53,494 nt of DNA from Octopus bimaculoides. Its lineage: Eukaryota. Of the stretch, positions 38,381 through 51,362 are shown one piece after another; positions within the stretch are counted from its first letter, which is position 1, and each line of letters begins with the position of its first letter. Under the pieces are notes generated by a model that was not told the origin of the DNA, made no database searches, and was given only the letters and a program-made list of their open reading frames with translations. The translations under genes and the position numbers were made by a program. The DNA lies in contig NC_068993.1 of assembly GCF_001194135.2 (NCBI RefSeq), positions 58,094,247 to 58,147,740 on the forward strand. Direction: 5' to 3'.

Positions 38381-38476
38381 CAACATAGACCATTATGTCT
38401 GACAAAATAGACCTTGGCCGCATGGCATTTTATTTGGTGTGCAAACGATTCTGCTAGTTCGCCTATATATATAACC

Positions 38477-38741
38477 GGCATTCAGTCGGTTATGCCGACG
38501 AGAGTTCCAGTGATCCGACCAACGGAAAAGACTGCCCATGAAATAAGCGGCCAAGTGGCTGAGCATTCCATAGCCACATGTACAAGAATGTGATGAGGGT
38601 GGCCCTTTCAAACTCAACTGAGTGGATTGCAGCAGGCTGAAAAAAGTGTGTTGCTCAAGGACAAAACGCGTCGCATGGAATTCAACTCACACTCTTACGA
38701 GCGTTACCCGAATACACTAACCACTACTCTACGCACCTTCA
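38477..38741 (-). mobile_element. Diverged SINE family D
   Basis: tRNA-like head (TGAAGGTGCGTAG.GTAGTGGTTAG...GAGTTGAATTCC) and a tail colinear with 51495-51682. Confidence 0.6.
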
Positions 38742-39155
38742 TATATATATATATATANNNNNNNNNNNNNNNNNNNNNNNNNNNNNNNNNNNNNNNNNNN
38801 NNNNNNNNNNNNNNNNNNNNNNNNNNNNNNNNNNNNNNNNNNNNNNNNNNNNNNNNNNNNNNNNNNNNNNNNNNNNNNNNNNNNNNNNNNNNNNNNNNNN
38901 NNNNNNNNNNNNNNNNNNNNNNNNNNNNNNNNNNNNCATACATGTATACATATATACATGTATACATATATACAAATATACGTATATATATATAAACAGC
39001 AATTATCAATTTGGGAAGGAACTCAATCGAAAAGCTAAGTCTTATTGTTTACTAATTTGGGTTTTACTGGCGTCGAAGTTTTGAGAAACTGCTTCTGGTA
39101 AAATTCTGAAAAAAAAAGCATTTTCATTCCATGCATCACAGAAACACACGAGCGT

Positions 39156-39199
<44 letters not shown>

Positions 39200-39691
39200 A
39201 AAAACGAACATAAACACTCACCCCCACACGTACATACACACATATATATACATATATGTGACCGTGTCCAAGTATGGTTAGTCGATTATATGTATGTTTA
39301 TATATCTATGCTTTTGTATGTGCGTGTGTGTGTGTGCGTGTGATTGTACGCGTGCGTGTGTGTGTGTGTATTTACACATATGTACATATCTGCTAACCTA
39401 TTATTGACTATATTGATCAAGTTTTTCCTAATATACATTATTCATTCGGTTGACTAAGAAAATAATTTGTTTCGCAGATTGGGCTTTCGTGTGTGTGTGT
39501 GTGTGAATAGTTCTAAGCTATATTTGTGGCCCCTCGCTATTTTAAATAATACATTTTGTTTCGTAGAAGAGCTTAGATATCTGAAAATCTACCTCCGACG
39601 AATGACTCTGACAGTCGGAATATTACACTTCCAGTGTGCCTCATTTATAAATAATTCATTGAAATTTAACAGCTTTTCGCATGTAATCACC

Positions 39692-40016
39692 TGGTGATCC
39701 TTCGTTTTCGACCACGACCATTCAAGTTGATCTGGTCAACGGAACGAAGTGTTCGTGAAATTAATTTGCAACTGCCTGAGCACTCTACAGACAAGCATAT
39801 CCTTAACGCAGAGTTCTCAGGGAGATTCAGAATGACACATAATGTGAAAAGCTGGCCACTTTGAAATACAAGCACTACTCGTTTTTGCCATCTAGATTGA
39901 CCGGAGCAAGGTAAAGTAAAATATCTTGCCTAAGGACACAACGCACCGCTTGAAATCGAACTTGCAGCTCTACAATCGAGTGTCGATTATCCTAACCAAT
40001 GAGCCACGCGTCTTCA
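39692..40016 (-). mobile_element. SINE family D, full length
   Basis: Minus strand TGAAGACGCGTGGCTCATTGGTTAGG (A box), AAGTTCGATTTC (B box), CORE-like GTGTCCTTAGGCAAG, and a 3' tail homologous to 51495-51682. Confidence 0.8.
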
Positions 40017-40626
40017 TTTCACATGTAGTAATTCTTGAATATAGAATATAGAGATCAAAGACATTCTAACCATGACCATGACGTTTATTCAGTCATATCT
40101 GTACCAAGCCACATTATCTTAAACATCATTATTCAAAACATCCTCACCATTCTCATATATATCCAAATACTGAAAGAAAATACATGAATCAAAATGGCTG
40201 CCGTACCGTTTCGCAAACTAAATAAGACAACCGTAAATTTGTTTCTTCCTTTTTTTCAGAAAGTGCAACTTGAGTTGATTCGATACACACGCTTCTCTAT
40301 CGACATTTAATGAATGGAAAACATAACTTTATCTACGGGATATCACAATTTACTAGACATTTCATAGTCTAACATATTTTTGAAAAGAAGGATAGATGGA
40401 ATGATGCAGTGCAAGATAAAAAAAATAAACGTCTCTAAAGCTTGGATGGTCATGGCTGGAAATATTTTCATCATAGGTCTGCACTATGAGGACTGACTTA
40501 GTATGAAACAGCCATAGAAATAACAATACCCAATTCGAGAGTTCGTGGCCGTGCATCAATTGTATCAATTTAATTCGTGGCCGTGTATCAATTTTAATTT
40601 AAATCCTAGGATGGGCTTTTGAAATG

Positions 40627-40733
40627 AAGGTGATGAGTAGCAGAGTGGATAAAGCATGGAAATGGATAACGTAATTTATTTGTTCCTCCTCTCAGCACTC
40701 TGTGTTCAAATCCCACCCAGGTCAGCTTTTGCC
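40627..40733 (+). mobile_element. Diverged SINE-B head
   Basis: AAGGTGATGAGTAGCAGAGTGG...GTGTTCAAATCCCACCCAGGTCAGCTTTTGCC. Confidence 0.55.
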
Positions 40734-40789
40734 GCGATTTTTCTCCAACAGTAAACAACAAAAACATCAGTCAAAATATCTTTCTTCCT

Positions 40790-40952
40790 ACTGATCATTC
40801 TTTCTCTTCTCCTCGTTCTCCTTCATCATCTCCACATTCTCCTTCACCTTCTTGTTATTCTACCTTTTCCTTTCTCTATCTCTCTTCTCTCGTTCTCCTC
40901 CTCCTTCCTCTCTTTTCCTCTCCCTCCCCTCCTCTCTCTCTCTCTCTCTCTG
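40790..40952. repeat. Polypyrimidine low-complexity tract ending in (CT)n
   Basis: Read directly. Confidence 0.85.
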
Positions 40953-41360
40953 CCAGTCTGCAACGTTGCGCCATGCGAAATGTCGCAAAGGACCACTAAT
41001 AGTCTCCCATTCGCCAGAAATGCAGTCGCAATAAACGAGTGTCTGAAACCATTTCTCATAGAATCACTTATATGCTACTGGAATTATCTGACAACGAACC
41101 GATGCGCAATACGGTGCCAAACGGAAATAAAGAAGAAAGAAGAAAGAAGACATACTGTTGAAATTTAAACGGTTTCAGGTATATTGCCACCCGAGAATTT
41201 AAATAATTAATGAAAGAATATACTTTATAATATTAAGTTTTCTCTTGTTAGGTTTAGGTCTAAATGTTGCTCGGTTGAACGGAGATATGGGTGTTTGATT
41301 CACTTTCACTCCACCATCTCTCACTATTTCTCTTTCTTTCTCTCTCTCTCTCTCTCTCTC

Positions 41361-41398
<38 letters not shown>

Positions 41399-42325
41399 NN
41401 NNNNNNNNNNNNNNNNNNNNNNNNNNNNNNNNNNNNNNNNNNNNNNNNNNNNNNNNNNNNNNNNNNNNNNNNNNNNNNNNNNNNNNNNNNNNNNNNNNNN
41501 NNNNNNNNNNNNNNNNNNNNNNNNNNNNNNNNNNNNNNNNNNNNNNNNNNNNNNNNNNNNNNNNNNNNNNNNNNNNNNNNNNNNNNNNNNNNNNNNNNNN
41601 NNNNNNNNNNNNNNNNNNNNNNNNNNNNNNNNNNNNNNNNNNNNNNNNNNNNNNNNNNNNNNNNNNNNNNNNNNNNNNNNNNNNNNNNNNNNNNNNNNNN
41701 NNNNNNNNNNNNNNNNNNNNNNNNNNNNNNNNNNNNNNNNNNNNNNNNNNNNNNNNNNNNNNNNNNNNNNNNNNNNNNNNNNNNNNNNNNNNNNNNNNNN
41801 NNNNNNNNNNNNNNNNNNNNNNNNNNNNNNNNNNNNNNNNNNNNNNNNNNNNNNNNNNNNNNNNNNNNNNNNNNNNNNNNNNNNNNNNNNNNNNNNNNNN
41901 NNNNNNNNNNNNNNNNNNNNNNNNNNNNNNNNNNNNNNNNNNNNNNNNNNNNNNNNNNNNNNNNNNNNNNNNNNNNNNNNNNNNNNNNNNNNNNNNNNNN
42001 NNNNNNNNNNNNNNNNNNNNNNNNNNNNNNNNNNNNNNNNNNNNNNNNNNNNNNNNNNNNNNNNNNNNNNNNNNNNNNNNNNNNNNNNNNNNNNNNNNNN
42101 NNNNNNNNNNNNNNNNNNNNNNNNNNNNNNNNNNNNNNNNNNNNNNNNNNNNNNNNNNNNNNNNNNNNNNNNNNNNNNNNNNNNNNNNNNNNNNNNNNNN
42201 NNNNNNNNNNNNNNNNNNNNNNNNNNNNNNNNNNNNNNNNNNNNNNNNNNNNNNNNNNNNNNNNNNNNNNNNNNNNNNNNNNNNNNNNNNNNNNNNNNNN
42301 NNNNNNNNNNNNNNNNNNNNNNNNN

Positions 42326-42358
<33 letters not shown>

Positions 42359-42399
42359 ATGTATGTATGTATGTATGTATGTATGTATTTATGTATGTA

Positions 42400-42560
42400 T
42401 ATACAGGAAGCTTCTACGCTGTTCCGTTTAGCAATTTCACTCACAATGTATTGCTTGAGGCCACAGTAGAAGACACTTTCCAGAAGGTTCTACGCTGGGT
42501 GACAGAATCGGAAACCACATATTTGCCAACGAAGCTCTAAGCCACATGGCCATGTCTGCG
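42400..42560 (-). mobile_element. Old SINE-A 5' half
   Basis: GAGGCCACAGTAGAAGACACTT...ATCGGAAACCACAT...GCCACATGGCCATGTCTGCG, colinear with 150-302. Confidence 0.55.
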
Positions 42561-42705
42561 AACTTTCAATATCTTGACCAGGTTCTACGTTCTTTTCTTG
42601 ACCAAATAGCCTCATCTCACATTGCGCTTCGATCACTTCGACACCCAACGTGTGTATCTGTTCAGGCAACGTCGATCGGACGCGGAGGAGTGACCTAATG
42701 AACAG

Positions 42706-42847
42706 AACTGGTACTTAATTTATTGACTTTGAAAGGATAAAAGGTAAAGTCAACCTCGGCGGAATTTGAACTCAAAACGTAAAGACAGACGAAATACCAC
42801 TAAGCATTTCGCCCGGCCAGATAACGTTTCTGCCAGCTCGCTGCGTT
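42706..42847 (-). mobile_element. SINE-B 5' part
   Basis: AACTGGTACTTAATT...CCTCGGCGGAATTTGAACTCAAAACGTAAAGACAGACGAAATACC...TTCTGCCAGCTCGC. Confidence 0.85.
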
Positions 42848-42863
42848 AAAATTGAGTAATATT

Positions 42864-43004
42864 GTTTTCTTTCTCCTAGTTTACCCACAAGGCCCGAAAT
42901 ATTGGGGGAGGAGGGTAGCCAGTCGGTTAGATCGAACACAATGCGCAACTGGTACTTAATTTATCGACCCAGGAAAGGATGAAAGGCAAAGTCGACCTCG
43001 GTGG
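42864..43004 (-). mobile_element. 5'-truncated SINE-B flanked by a 16-bp target-site duplication
   Basis: Flanks AAAATTGAGTAATATT (42848-42863) and AAAACTGAGTAATATT (43005-43020). Confidence 0.85.
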
Positions 43005-43177
43005 AAAACTGAGTAATATTACGACTGGTTGGCGTCCCTTCCAGTAGATAATATATATGCCACGGAATTTCGAAGACTAGCTTATGAGCCTTACTGCACG
43101 AGAAGGGTTCTTTCATTTTTATTTTTGTAATTTTTTAAAAATAAATTTTATTTGTAATTTTCAATTTCTTCCGATAG

Positions 43178-43231
43178 GAACCTCGCTTCTCAACAAACAT
43201 CGTTACTCAAATGTATGCAACGATTCGCATG
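43178..43231 (+). CDS. Speculative 54-nt internal exon, open in all three frames
   Basis: TTTTCAATTTCTTCCGATAG| acceptor and ATG|GTACGC donor. No homology support. Confidence 0.2.
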
Positions 43232-43438
43232 GTACGCCAAGGTTGGCCAACCAGGCTTTGGTGAAAGCAGTGTTAACAGTATTATTTTGAATTCCCATTT
43301 ATATATTTTAATCATATGAAATATATTTATTTAAACACTGACGCTCGATGTCAAGATATCACCGTGAAAACATAACAGATTGTATTTTCGCAGTAAAGAC
43401 TCAGTAAAATGCAGCAGATGGATGACACATTCACAGCA

Positions 43439-43536
<98 letters not shown>

Positions 43537-43584
43537 ATAAACTCACATACATACGCATGCACATACGTATAAACGTACATGTGT

Positions 43585-43618
<34 letters not shown>

Positions 43619-44555
43619 GTATAATATATATATATATAATATATATATNNNNNNNNNNNNNNNNNNNNNNNNNNNNNNNNNNNNNNNNNNNNNNNNNNNN
43701 NNNNNNNNNNNNNNNNNNNNNNNNNNNNNNNNNNNNNNNNNNNNNNNNNNNNNNNNNNNNNNNNNNNNNNNNNNNNNNNNNNNNNNNNNNNNNNNNNNNN
43801 NNNNNNNNNNNNNNNNNNNNNNNNNNNNNNNNNNNNNNNNNNNNNNNNNNNNNNNNNNNNNNNNNNNNNNNNNNNNNNNNNNNNNNNNNNNNNNNNNNNN
43901 NNNNNNNNNNNNNNNNNNNNNNNNNNNNNNNNNNNNNNNNNNNNNNNNNNNNNNNNNNNNNNNNNNNNNNNNNNNNNNNNNNNNNNNNNNNNNNNNNNNN
44001 NNNNNNNNNNNNNNNNNNNNNNNNNNNNNNNNNNNNNNNNNNNNNNNNNNNNNNNNNNNNNNNNNNNNNNNNNNNNNNNNNNNNNNNNNNNNNNNNNNNN
44101 NNNNNNNNNNNNNNNNNNNNNNNNNNNNNNNNNNNNNNNNNNNNNNNNNNNNNNNNNNNNNNNNNNNNNNNNNNNNNNNNNNNNNNNNNNNNNNNNNNNN
44201 NNNNNNNNNNNNNNNNNNNNNNNNNNNNNNNNNNNNNNNNNNNNNNNNNNNNNNNNNNNNNNNNNNNNNNNNNNNNNNNNNNNNNNNNNNNNNNNNNNNN
44301 NNNATATATATATATATATATATATAAATATATATATACATACACGTATATACATGTATAGATGCATGCGCACATATATAAGTTTCTGTTTATATTTGTA
44401 TATATATATATATATGCGGTGGGAGGGCGATGAATAGAGAGAGAAGACGTTCATATAAGAAATTTTGCAAAATGTGCGTTTATGCGCATGAACGCGCTTA
44501 TCATACCAACTTACAATTCTCACTCTATTTACACACACAGGCATGTATTCCCTTG

Positions 44556-44589
<34 letters not shown>

Positions 44590-44815
44590 TGTATGCATGT
44601 ATGTATGTATGTATGCATGTATATATATGTGTGTGTGTATGAATGCATTTATGTATCTAAGTATGTATGGGTGTATGTGCATATCAACGTAAGCGTGTAC
44701 TTCCACATGTAATTTATATATCGGTTTAATATACAACAAACATGTTTCTATATGTATATACTTGTATGCATGTGTATATATATATATGTGTGTGTGTGTG
44801 TATTTATAGGTCCAA

Positions 44816-44864
<49 letters not shown>

Positions 44865-45586
44865 NNNNNNNNNNNNNNNNNNNNNNNNNNNNNNNNNNNN
44901 NNNNNNNNNNNNNNNNNNNNNNNNNNNNNNNNNNNNNNNNNNNNNNNNNNNNNNNNNNNNNNNNNNNNNNNNNNNNNNNNNNNNNNNNNNNNNNNNNNNN
45001 NNNNNNNNNNNNNNNNNNNNNNNNNNNNNNNNNNNNNNNNNNNNNNNNNNNNNNNNNNNNNNNNNNNNNNNNNNNNNNNNNNNNNNNNNNNNNNNNNNNN
45101 NNNNNNNNNNNNNNNNNNNNNNNNNNNNNNNNNNNNNNNNNNNNNNNNNNNNNNNNNNNNNNNNNNNNNNNNNNNNNNNNNNNNNNNNNNNNNNNNNNNN
45201 NNNNNNNNNNNNNNNNNNNNNNNNNNNNNNNNNNNNNNNNNNNNNNNNNNNNNNNNNNNNNNNNNNNNNNNNNNNNNNNNNNNNNNNNNNNNNNNNNNNN
45301 NNNNNNNNNNNNNNNNNNNNNNNNNNNNNNNNNNNNNNNNNNNNNNNNNNNNNNNNNNNNNNNNNNNNNNNNNNNNNNNNNNNNNNNNNNNNNNNNNNNN
45401 NNNNNNNNNNNNNNNNNNNNNNNNNNNNNNNNNNNNNNNNNNNNNNNNNNNNNNNNNNNNNNNNNNNNNNNNNNNNNNNNNNNNNNNNNNNNNNNNNNNN
45501 NNNNNNNNNNNNNNNNNNNNNNNNNNNNNNNNNNNNNNNNNNNNNNNNNNNNNNNNNNNNNNNNNNNNNNNNNNNNNNNNNNNNNN

Positions 45587-45630
<44 letters not shown>

Positions 45631-46262
45631 TATATTATCTTTGTTGTGTGCAATTACAGAAGATCTAACAATGTGTGTGACCATGTGTTTATATGCATAC
45701 ATAAACACACGTACACATGTATATATGCATACATATATATATCCATACATACATACACACACACACATATATGTGTGTCCATGTCTTTTGTTACATGTGT
45801 ATAACTAATATGCGTAATTATTGTTCAACAGGCCCTTCGTATCATCCCAGTGTGTGTGATGATAATAAGAATTGTGGATGTGATTATCCAACACAAAACA
45901 TATTAAATGCTTTCGTTTCTGTGTTTCACCAGGAATTTCAGATGCTGGGATAATGTTCTTTGTACGTCTATATATTTGTGCTTGTATGAGATGTGTGTGC
46001 TAGTGTAACTTACTGTCTTTGTGTGAATGTGCGCTTGTGTGTCTATAATTATATTTCTGTTTGTGCAATTATATATGCAAATCTGCACTATTATATAGAT
46101 TGTGCGTTCGAGTATATATACGTGTGTTTGTGTGTGTGTGTGTATGTGAACATTTAGATATATCTGTATGGTAACTCATAAACAATCACACACACATACA
46201 CACACACAGATTTACGTATATGCGTTATGCATACACACATATATATATACACATACACATGA

Positions 46263-46315
<53 letters not shown>

Positions 46316-46714
46316 CATGTATCTATCTCTCTATTTATATCTCTCTCTCTGTCCATACACACACACACACACACACATATATATATCTATGTATATATAT
46401 GAACATATATACACACACATATGAATTTAATCAATATGTATATTTAGCATTTACGTACATCTATAAACATACATACCTACATTCGTATTCATATTTGTAC
46501 ATGGTGAGAGCGAGAGAGAGAGAGAGAGAGGGAGAGAGGGAGAGAGCTAATGACGTAACTATTTTGATACAGAGACACATGTGGATGTATATGCGGATAT
46601 GTATTTATTTTTGCGTATACATAAATGTAAATGCGAAGGTATGTATGCGTACGTTTCTTGGCTTAGTTTTGCAACCATCCAATGGTAGTATGTATGTTGA
46701 TAGGAGGAGAGGAG

Positions 46715-47181
46715 AGAGGAGAGGAAAATAGAAAGGCGGAGAAGAAAGATTAATAGAAATTCGTAAATACGATAATAGTGGGAGATAAAGAAGGGAAGTG
46801 ATTCGAGTGAATGAGTGAGTGAGAGAGTGAGTGAGTGAGTGAGTGAGTGAGTGAGTGAGTGAGTGAGTGAGTGAGTTAGGGAAAAAGAGAAGGAGAGAAA
46901 GGGAGAGAGGGGGGTCGTTAGAGAAAGGAGGGAGAGAGTGGAAGAGAGAAGTGTTGGGAGTGGAATAGGGAAGGAGGTAGACAGGGAGCGACGGAGGGGG
47001 AGAGAGGAGTTTAAGGCAACGAGGGAAAGTGAAGGGGCTCAATGGAAGAAGAACTGAGAAACGGATGGCGGGACGAAGGGACGGGTGGATTGATGAGGTG
47101 TCTGTGCATGAGTGGAGGTTTGATTGATTGATGGATTGATTGATTGATCGATTGAGTGAGTGAGTGAGCGAGTGAGTGAGT
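46715..47181. repeat. Purine-rich low-complexity block with (GAGT)n (46810-46876) and (GATT)n
   Basis: Read directly. Confidence 0.85.
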
Positions 47182-47340
47182 NNNNNNNNNNNNNNNNNNN
47201 NNNNNNNNNNNNNNNNNNNNNNNNNNNNNNNNNNNNNNNNNNNNNNNNNNNNNNNNNNNNNNNNNNNNNNNNNNNNNNNNNNNNNNNNNNNNNNNNNNNN
47301 NNNNNNNNNNNNNNNNNNNNNNNNNNNNNNNNNNNNNNNN

Positions 47341-47409
<69 letters not shown>

Positions 47410-47880
47410 CTGAGTGTGTTAGTGATTAACGGAATGAGTGAGAAAGATATAGTGAAGTAATGTGTGAGATTCAATTGGTGATAGAAAGAAACGGAGATGC
47501 TTTCATAGGCAGAACATTTAATGCACCGAAGAAGAGAGATAAACGGCATAGACAGGAGTTAGGTCAAATAGGAAATTAATTATTTATAATATATAGTAAT
47601 TTATGAACTACTGTAATGGATTATGTTAATATCTTTCTTTCACGTGATGGTTAAGGGGGTTGATTTTGGAAAATAGAAGAAGTTACTCGCATGGAATGAA
47701 TCTCGAAAGGTACTTTTTACTGCGAACACCGCAAACTTTTATGGATGATATCACCGCCACATTGATAAAAAAAATGGTCGGCTGCATAAATAAAACAAAA
47801 AAGAAAAGTAAAAAAGCTTTCGTTAGCAACTTCGGCAAAATATTTCAGTACAGACAACGCCAGAGAGAATCGTAGAAATG

Positions 47881-48650
47881 ATGCAAAGTGTAATACAGGA
47901 ACAGATTAAAACATTCCGCTTTGGAATTGGGCAAGAGCCAGTACAAACCACCATTGCGAACAGGTCATTAAGAATTTTGGTCATATTCAAGCAAATCCCT
48001 TAAATGATGCCAAAGAGGGATTGATATCGATGCTAATCTCCATGAGGGACTAACATTGACAAGTGTGGATTAGCAGGAAAATTCAAGGCGTGATGTTATC
48101 TGAATAGTTGATTTTCCTGGTCCATTGAGTAAATCCAAGTGCTTCGTATACTGTTGAGAAGGATAAAGAGATTAGGAAAGTGAGCGCACAAGATTTTATG
48201 AATGTGATATTATATGTAGCTATACTCCACAAGAATTGGGCTGTTAAGCTTCAATTATCTCCAACATCGCTGATAGAATTGTTTAGATAAGAAAATATTA
48301 TACTGTTGGATGGTGCTGCTGGATTCTGAGCGATCAAATTTCCGTTCGTATCAATTCGTAGTTTTGGTACACAGGAAACTGAGTTGGAGGAACGGTGTTG
48401 AAATAGCTGAGACCAGCCTGGAAATGAACGAGTTAACTAGATATAAACATAATAGCCCAATTAGAGTGGTACAAATGCAAAGAATAGGCATCTCTTCAGA
48501 ATTACAAGGGAAAACTGGATATTGTAACCAGAGTAAATTTACCAAATCACAGAAGCAGATCCAGAAACAAAAATGATACAGTTAGGAAGTTAATGTAGAT
48601 GGGCGTCAAAAGAAGCCGCAGAGAGAAGGAATCTATTGGGGGTGTATGAA
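47881..48650 (+). mobile_element. Possible decayed LINE (RTE-like) ORF2 C-terminal debris
   Basis: GIGQEPVQTTIANRSLR/FGHI (one frameshift) resembles the R.LR[WY]FGH[IV] motif; EVNVDGRQKKPQR...W later resembles V.G.R.RGRP...W. Many stops. Confidence 0.25.
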
Positions 48651-50611
48651 GAATAGAGCCATCCAGTGTTCGATTCCTCCTGAGATCATACTATAAGTTT
48701 TATTTCTAGCTAATATTAAACGATAGCCAGGATCGACATCATCTAGTAATACATAGCTCGCATGTATTACCAGAGAATCTTCTGACAGCTTTCCTAACGA
48801 AATATGCATAGTGACACATCCAGAACTTGAACATTAGTGCTAATGCACAAGATTAACAACATAGAATCAGTAAGTCAATAAGGATTAACATTAGGCTGCA
48901 TACAATGCTTTTGTATAGGCAAAAGGACAAGCTCCAGGTTACTGAATAGTGTTTATGCTTTCAAAGTACGAGTAGTGTTGAAGAAAGCGTTTTACTGTCA
49001 AGATTTATTGCAATGTTAAAACGTGTTCTGGTTTTCTGACAGAGTATAACCTCACAATAGTAAATGCTCTGCGATTATATAGTTAACAGTTCCTTGGAAA
49101 GACAATTATGAAGTTGGTACACAAAAAGAAGGCATTAAAAAATAATTGGAGGCGAGTGAGGCACGAAGATGACAGTGTTCAATATTTCCGGTGAAAGACC
49201 GCGTGTTCCTAGTAATATTTGCAATATTCTGGCAAGCGAGAATGGATATGAGGAGAAAGACCAAAGAAGTAAAGCATCGACTGAAGAGAGATGTAAACAA
49301 TGTCTCCTAATGGATTAAGCCAATATACAACTTTTCATGACTCTCTCTCCCCTCTCTCTTTCCCCCCCGCTCTCTCTATCTATCCATATATATATACATA
49401 TCTGTNNNNNNNNNNNNNNNNNNNNNNNNNNNNNNNNNNNNNNNNNNNNNNNNNNNNNNNNNNNNNNNNNNNNNNNNNNNNNNNNNNNNNNNNNNNATAT
49501 ATATATATATATATACACAGACATATACACACGCACATACACATATATATATACATATGCATGTATTTGCATTAACATACGCATGCTCGCACGCACATAT
49601 TGTAGAGACAGGCAATATATTAGATGAGGGCAAATTTGTAAGACTCACATGTCATAAACAAACGTATCCATCCGAATTTTTTTTCTTTTGCATTATACAT
49701 TTTGTTTAAAAGAAAATTATGTAAATATTAACAAACACATGTATGTAGTTTGTTTCTTTCAATGCTAATTTGTATTAAATTCAGTTACTACAAAGTACAC
49801 ACATATACCAAATGTTTTCAAAAATCTTGACTGATGATTGTCTTAACTATATTTTACGCGTTTAATTCGGCAATAAAATACAGGAAGATCTAAGAAATGT
49901 TTCTAAATTTGCATTTTAGTAACATAAAATTAGACTGCTAAAAATAAAACGGAAACTGAAAAATCAAAGAAATTTTTAATGTTATTTGTCTTAATAAATA
50001 TTCGTTATGAATTTCTTTTTACTTTGTTTTAATTTAAATATATGTCTTGTTGGGTAGAATTGATCATATATCATGAAAAAGCCACCCGACGTAGTCAGCA
50101 TCGAAACGTAACAACTCGATTTACGCAACGGATTGCATTCTAAAACATAAGTAATTATGAAAATAATTAATTAAAAAAACATAGCTTCATGCTATAAATA
50201 ATTTATTGATTATTGGTTCTAAACATCTATTATACAATTAATGATCTCATTTGATGATCTTAGCACAAAGGAATGGATGGGGACGAGATGGGAAGACGGG
50301 GTGTCTGACATTCATAACCTAGCCAGATATTTTGATATTTACTCTACTCCATCCCCTACCAAACAAAAAAAAATGTTGACCTGAGGTAATTTAGAACGAG
50401 GTCTCTTGCCAGAAATATTTGTTCTCCTTCCCAGTCATTAGTTAAGTTCGAGTAACGTGGTAGAAAATACCCTGCCAAATATTCCGGTAGCGTTCCCCAA
50501 ATAATTTAGTTCACATAGAATAATATACAATAAATAAGCTTGCCAGAAATTCTAGCGAACTATTCCTAGCAATTATTTAATTTAATCCGCCAGAAATCTT
50601 AGTGTAATGCG

Positions 50612-50818
50612 TTCTACTAAAAACGCAAAGCCTGTAAAGTTGAGAGTGGGGTCTAGTCGATTACATCGTCTCCAATACTCACTTGTTATGTATTTTATCA
50701 ACTGAATGATGAAAGACAAACTCGACCTTTGAGGCATTTCAGATCGAAGCGTAAAGACGGATGAAGTACTGCTAAGCAATTTGTCCGGCGTGCTTTCAAT
50801 TTTGCTGGCTCTCCCCCT
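50612..50818 (-). mobile_element. SINE-B, diverged, first of a tandem pair
   Basis: CTAGTCGATTACATCG...GATGAAAGACAAACTCGACC...CGTAAAGACGGATGAA...TCCGGCGTGC. Confidence 0.8.
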
Positions 50819-50839
50819 CCATATACTTAACAATACAAT

Positions 50840-51051
50840 CTTGTCCACTATAGGTAATAAGGACGGAAATTATGGCGGAGGGGTTCTAGTCGATTACATC
50901 GATCCCAGTGTACGATTGAAACTTATTCGACCCGGAATGATGAAAAGCAAAGTCGACATCGACTTAATTTGAACTCAGAATATAAAGTCTGAGGAAATAC
51001 TGCTGAGTGCTTTTCCCGGCGTGCTAACGCTTCAGTCAGCTCGTGGTCCTT
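50840..51051 (-). mobile_element. SINE-B, diverged, second of a tandem pair
   Basis: CTAGTCGATTACATCGATCCCAGT...GCAAAGTCGAC...ATTTGAACTCAGAA...CCGGCGTGCTAACG. Confidence 0.8.
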
Positions 51052-51362
51052 ACACTCAACATTGTAACGATACAGAAAAGGTCTTCGCAAACACTCTGCA
51101 GGCTGCAACATCACTGAGGTGTGTGGAACTGTCGAAGTATCTCGAGGCTGCATTCAAGAATGATGTGAAGCAAGCAGCTGAATAACATGCTAGAATTTAG
51201 GTATTGGTACAGTAATACGTTTGTTTCAGGATTCGATCCTCAGATCACGAGAATTAGCAAAAAGGCCAAACATATCTTCAGTTTGGTTTTTGTTTTGCCT
51301 ATCCTCACGTATGGTCATGAATGCTGTACAATTACCGAATAAGTACAATTGCGAGGGGAATA

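Noticed and set aside
49281-49311. CTGAAGA-GAGA...TCTC hammerhead-like start
   Set aside because: Followed by CTAA rather than GAAA; no helix I or III.
5511-49648. Long ORFs containing X runs (e.g. 741 aa at 43543-45768) and YI/HT/CV/LS dipeptide ORFs
   Set aside because: Artefacts of N gaps and dinucleotide microsatellites.
50075-50120. CAGCATCGAAACGTAACAAC resembling a hammerhead 3' half
   Set aside because: No recognisable CUGANGA core upstream.
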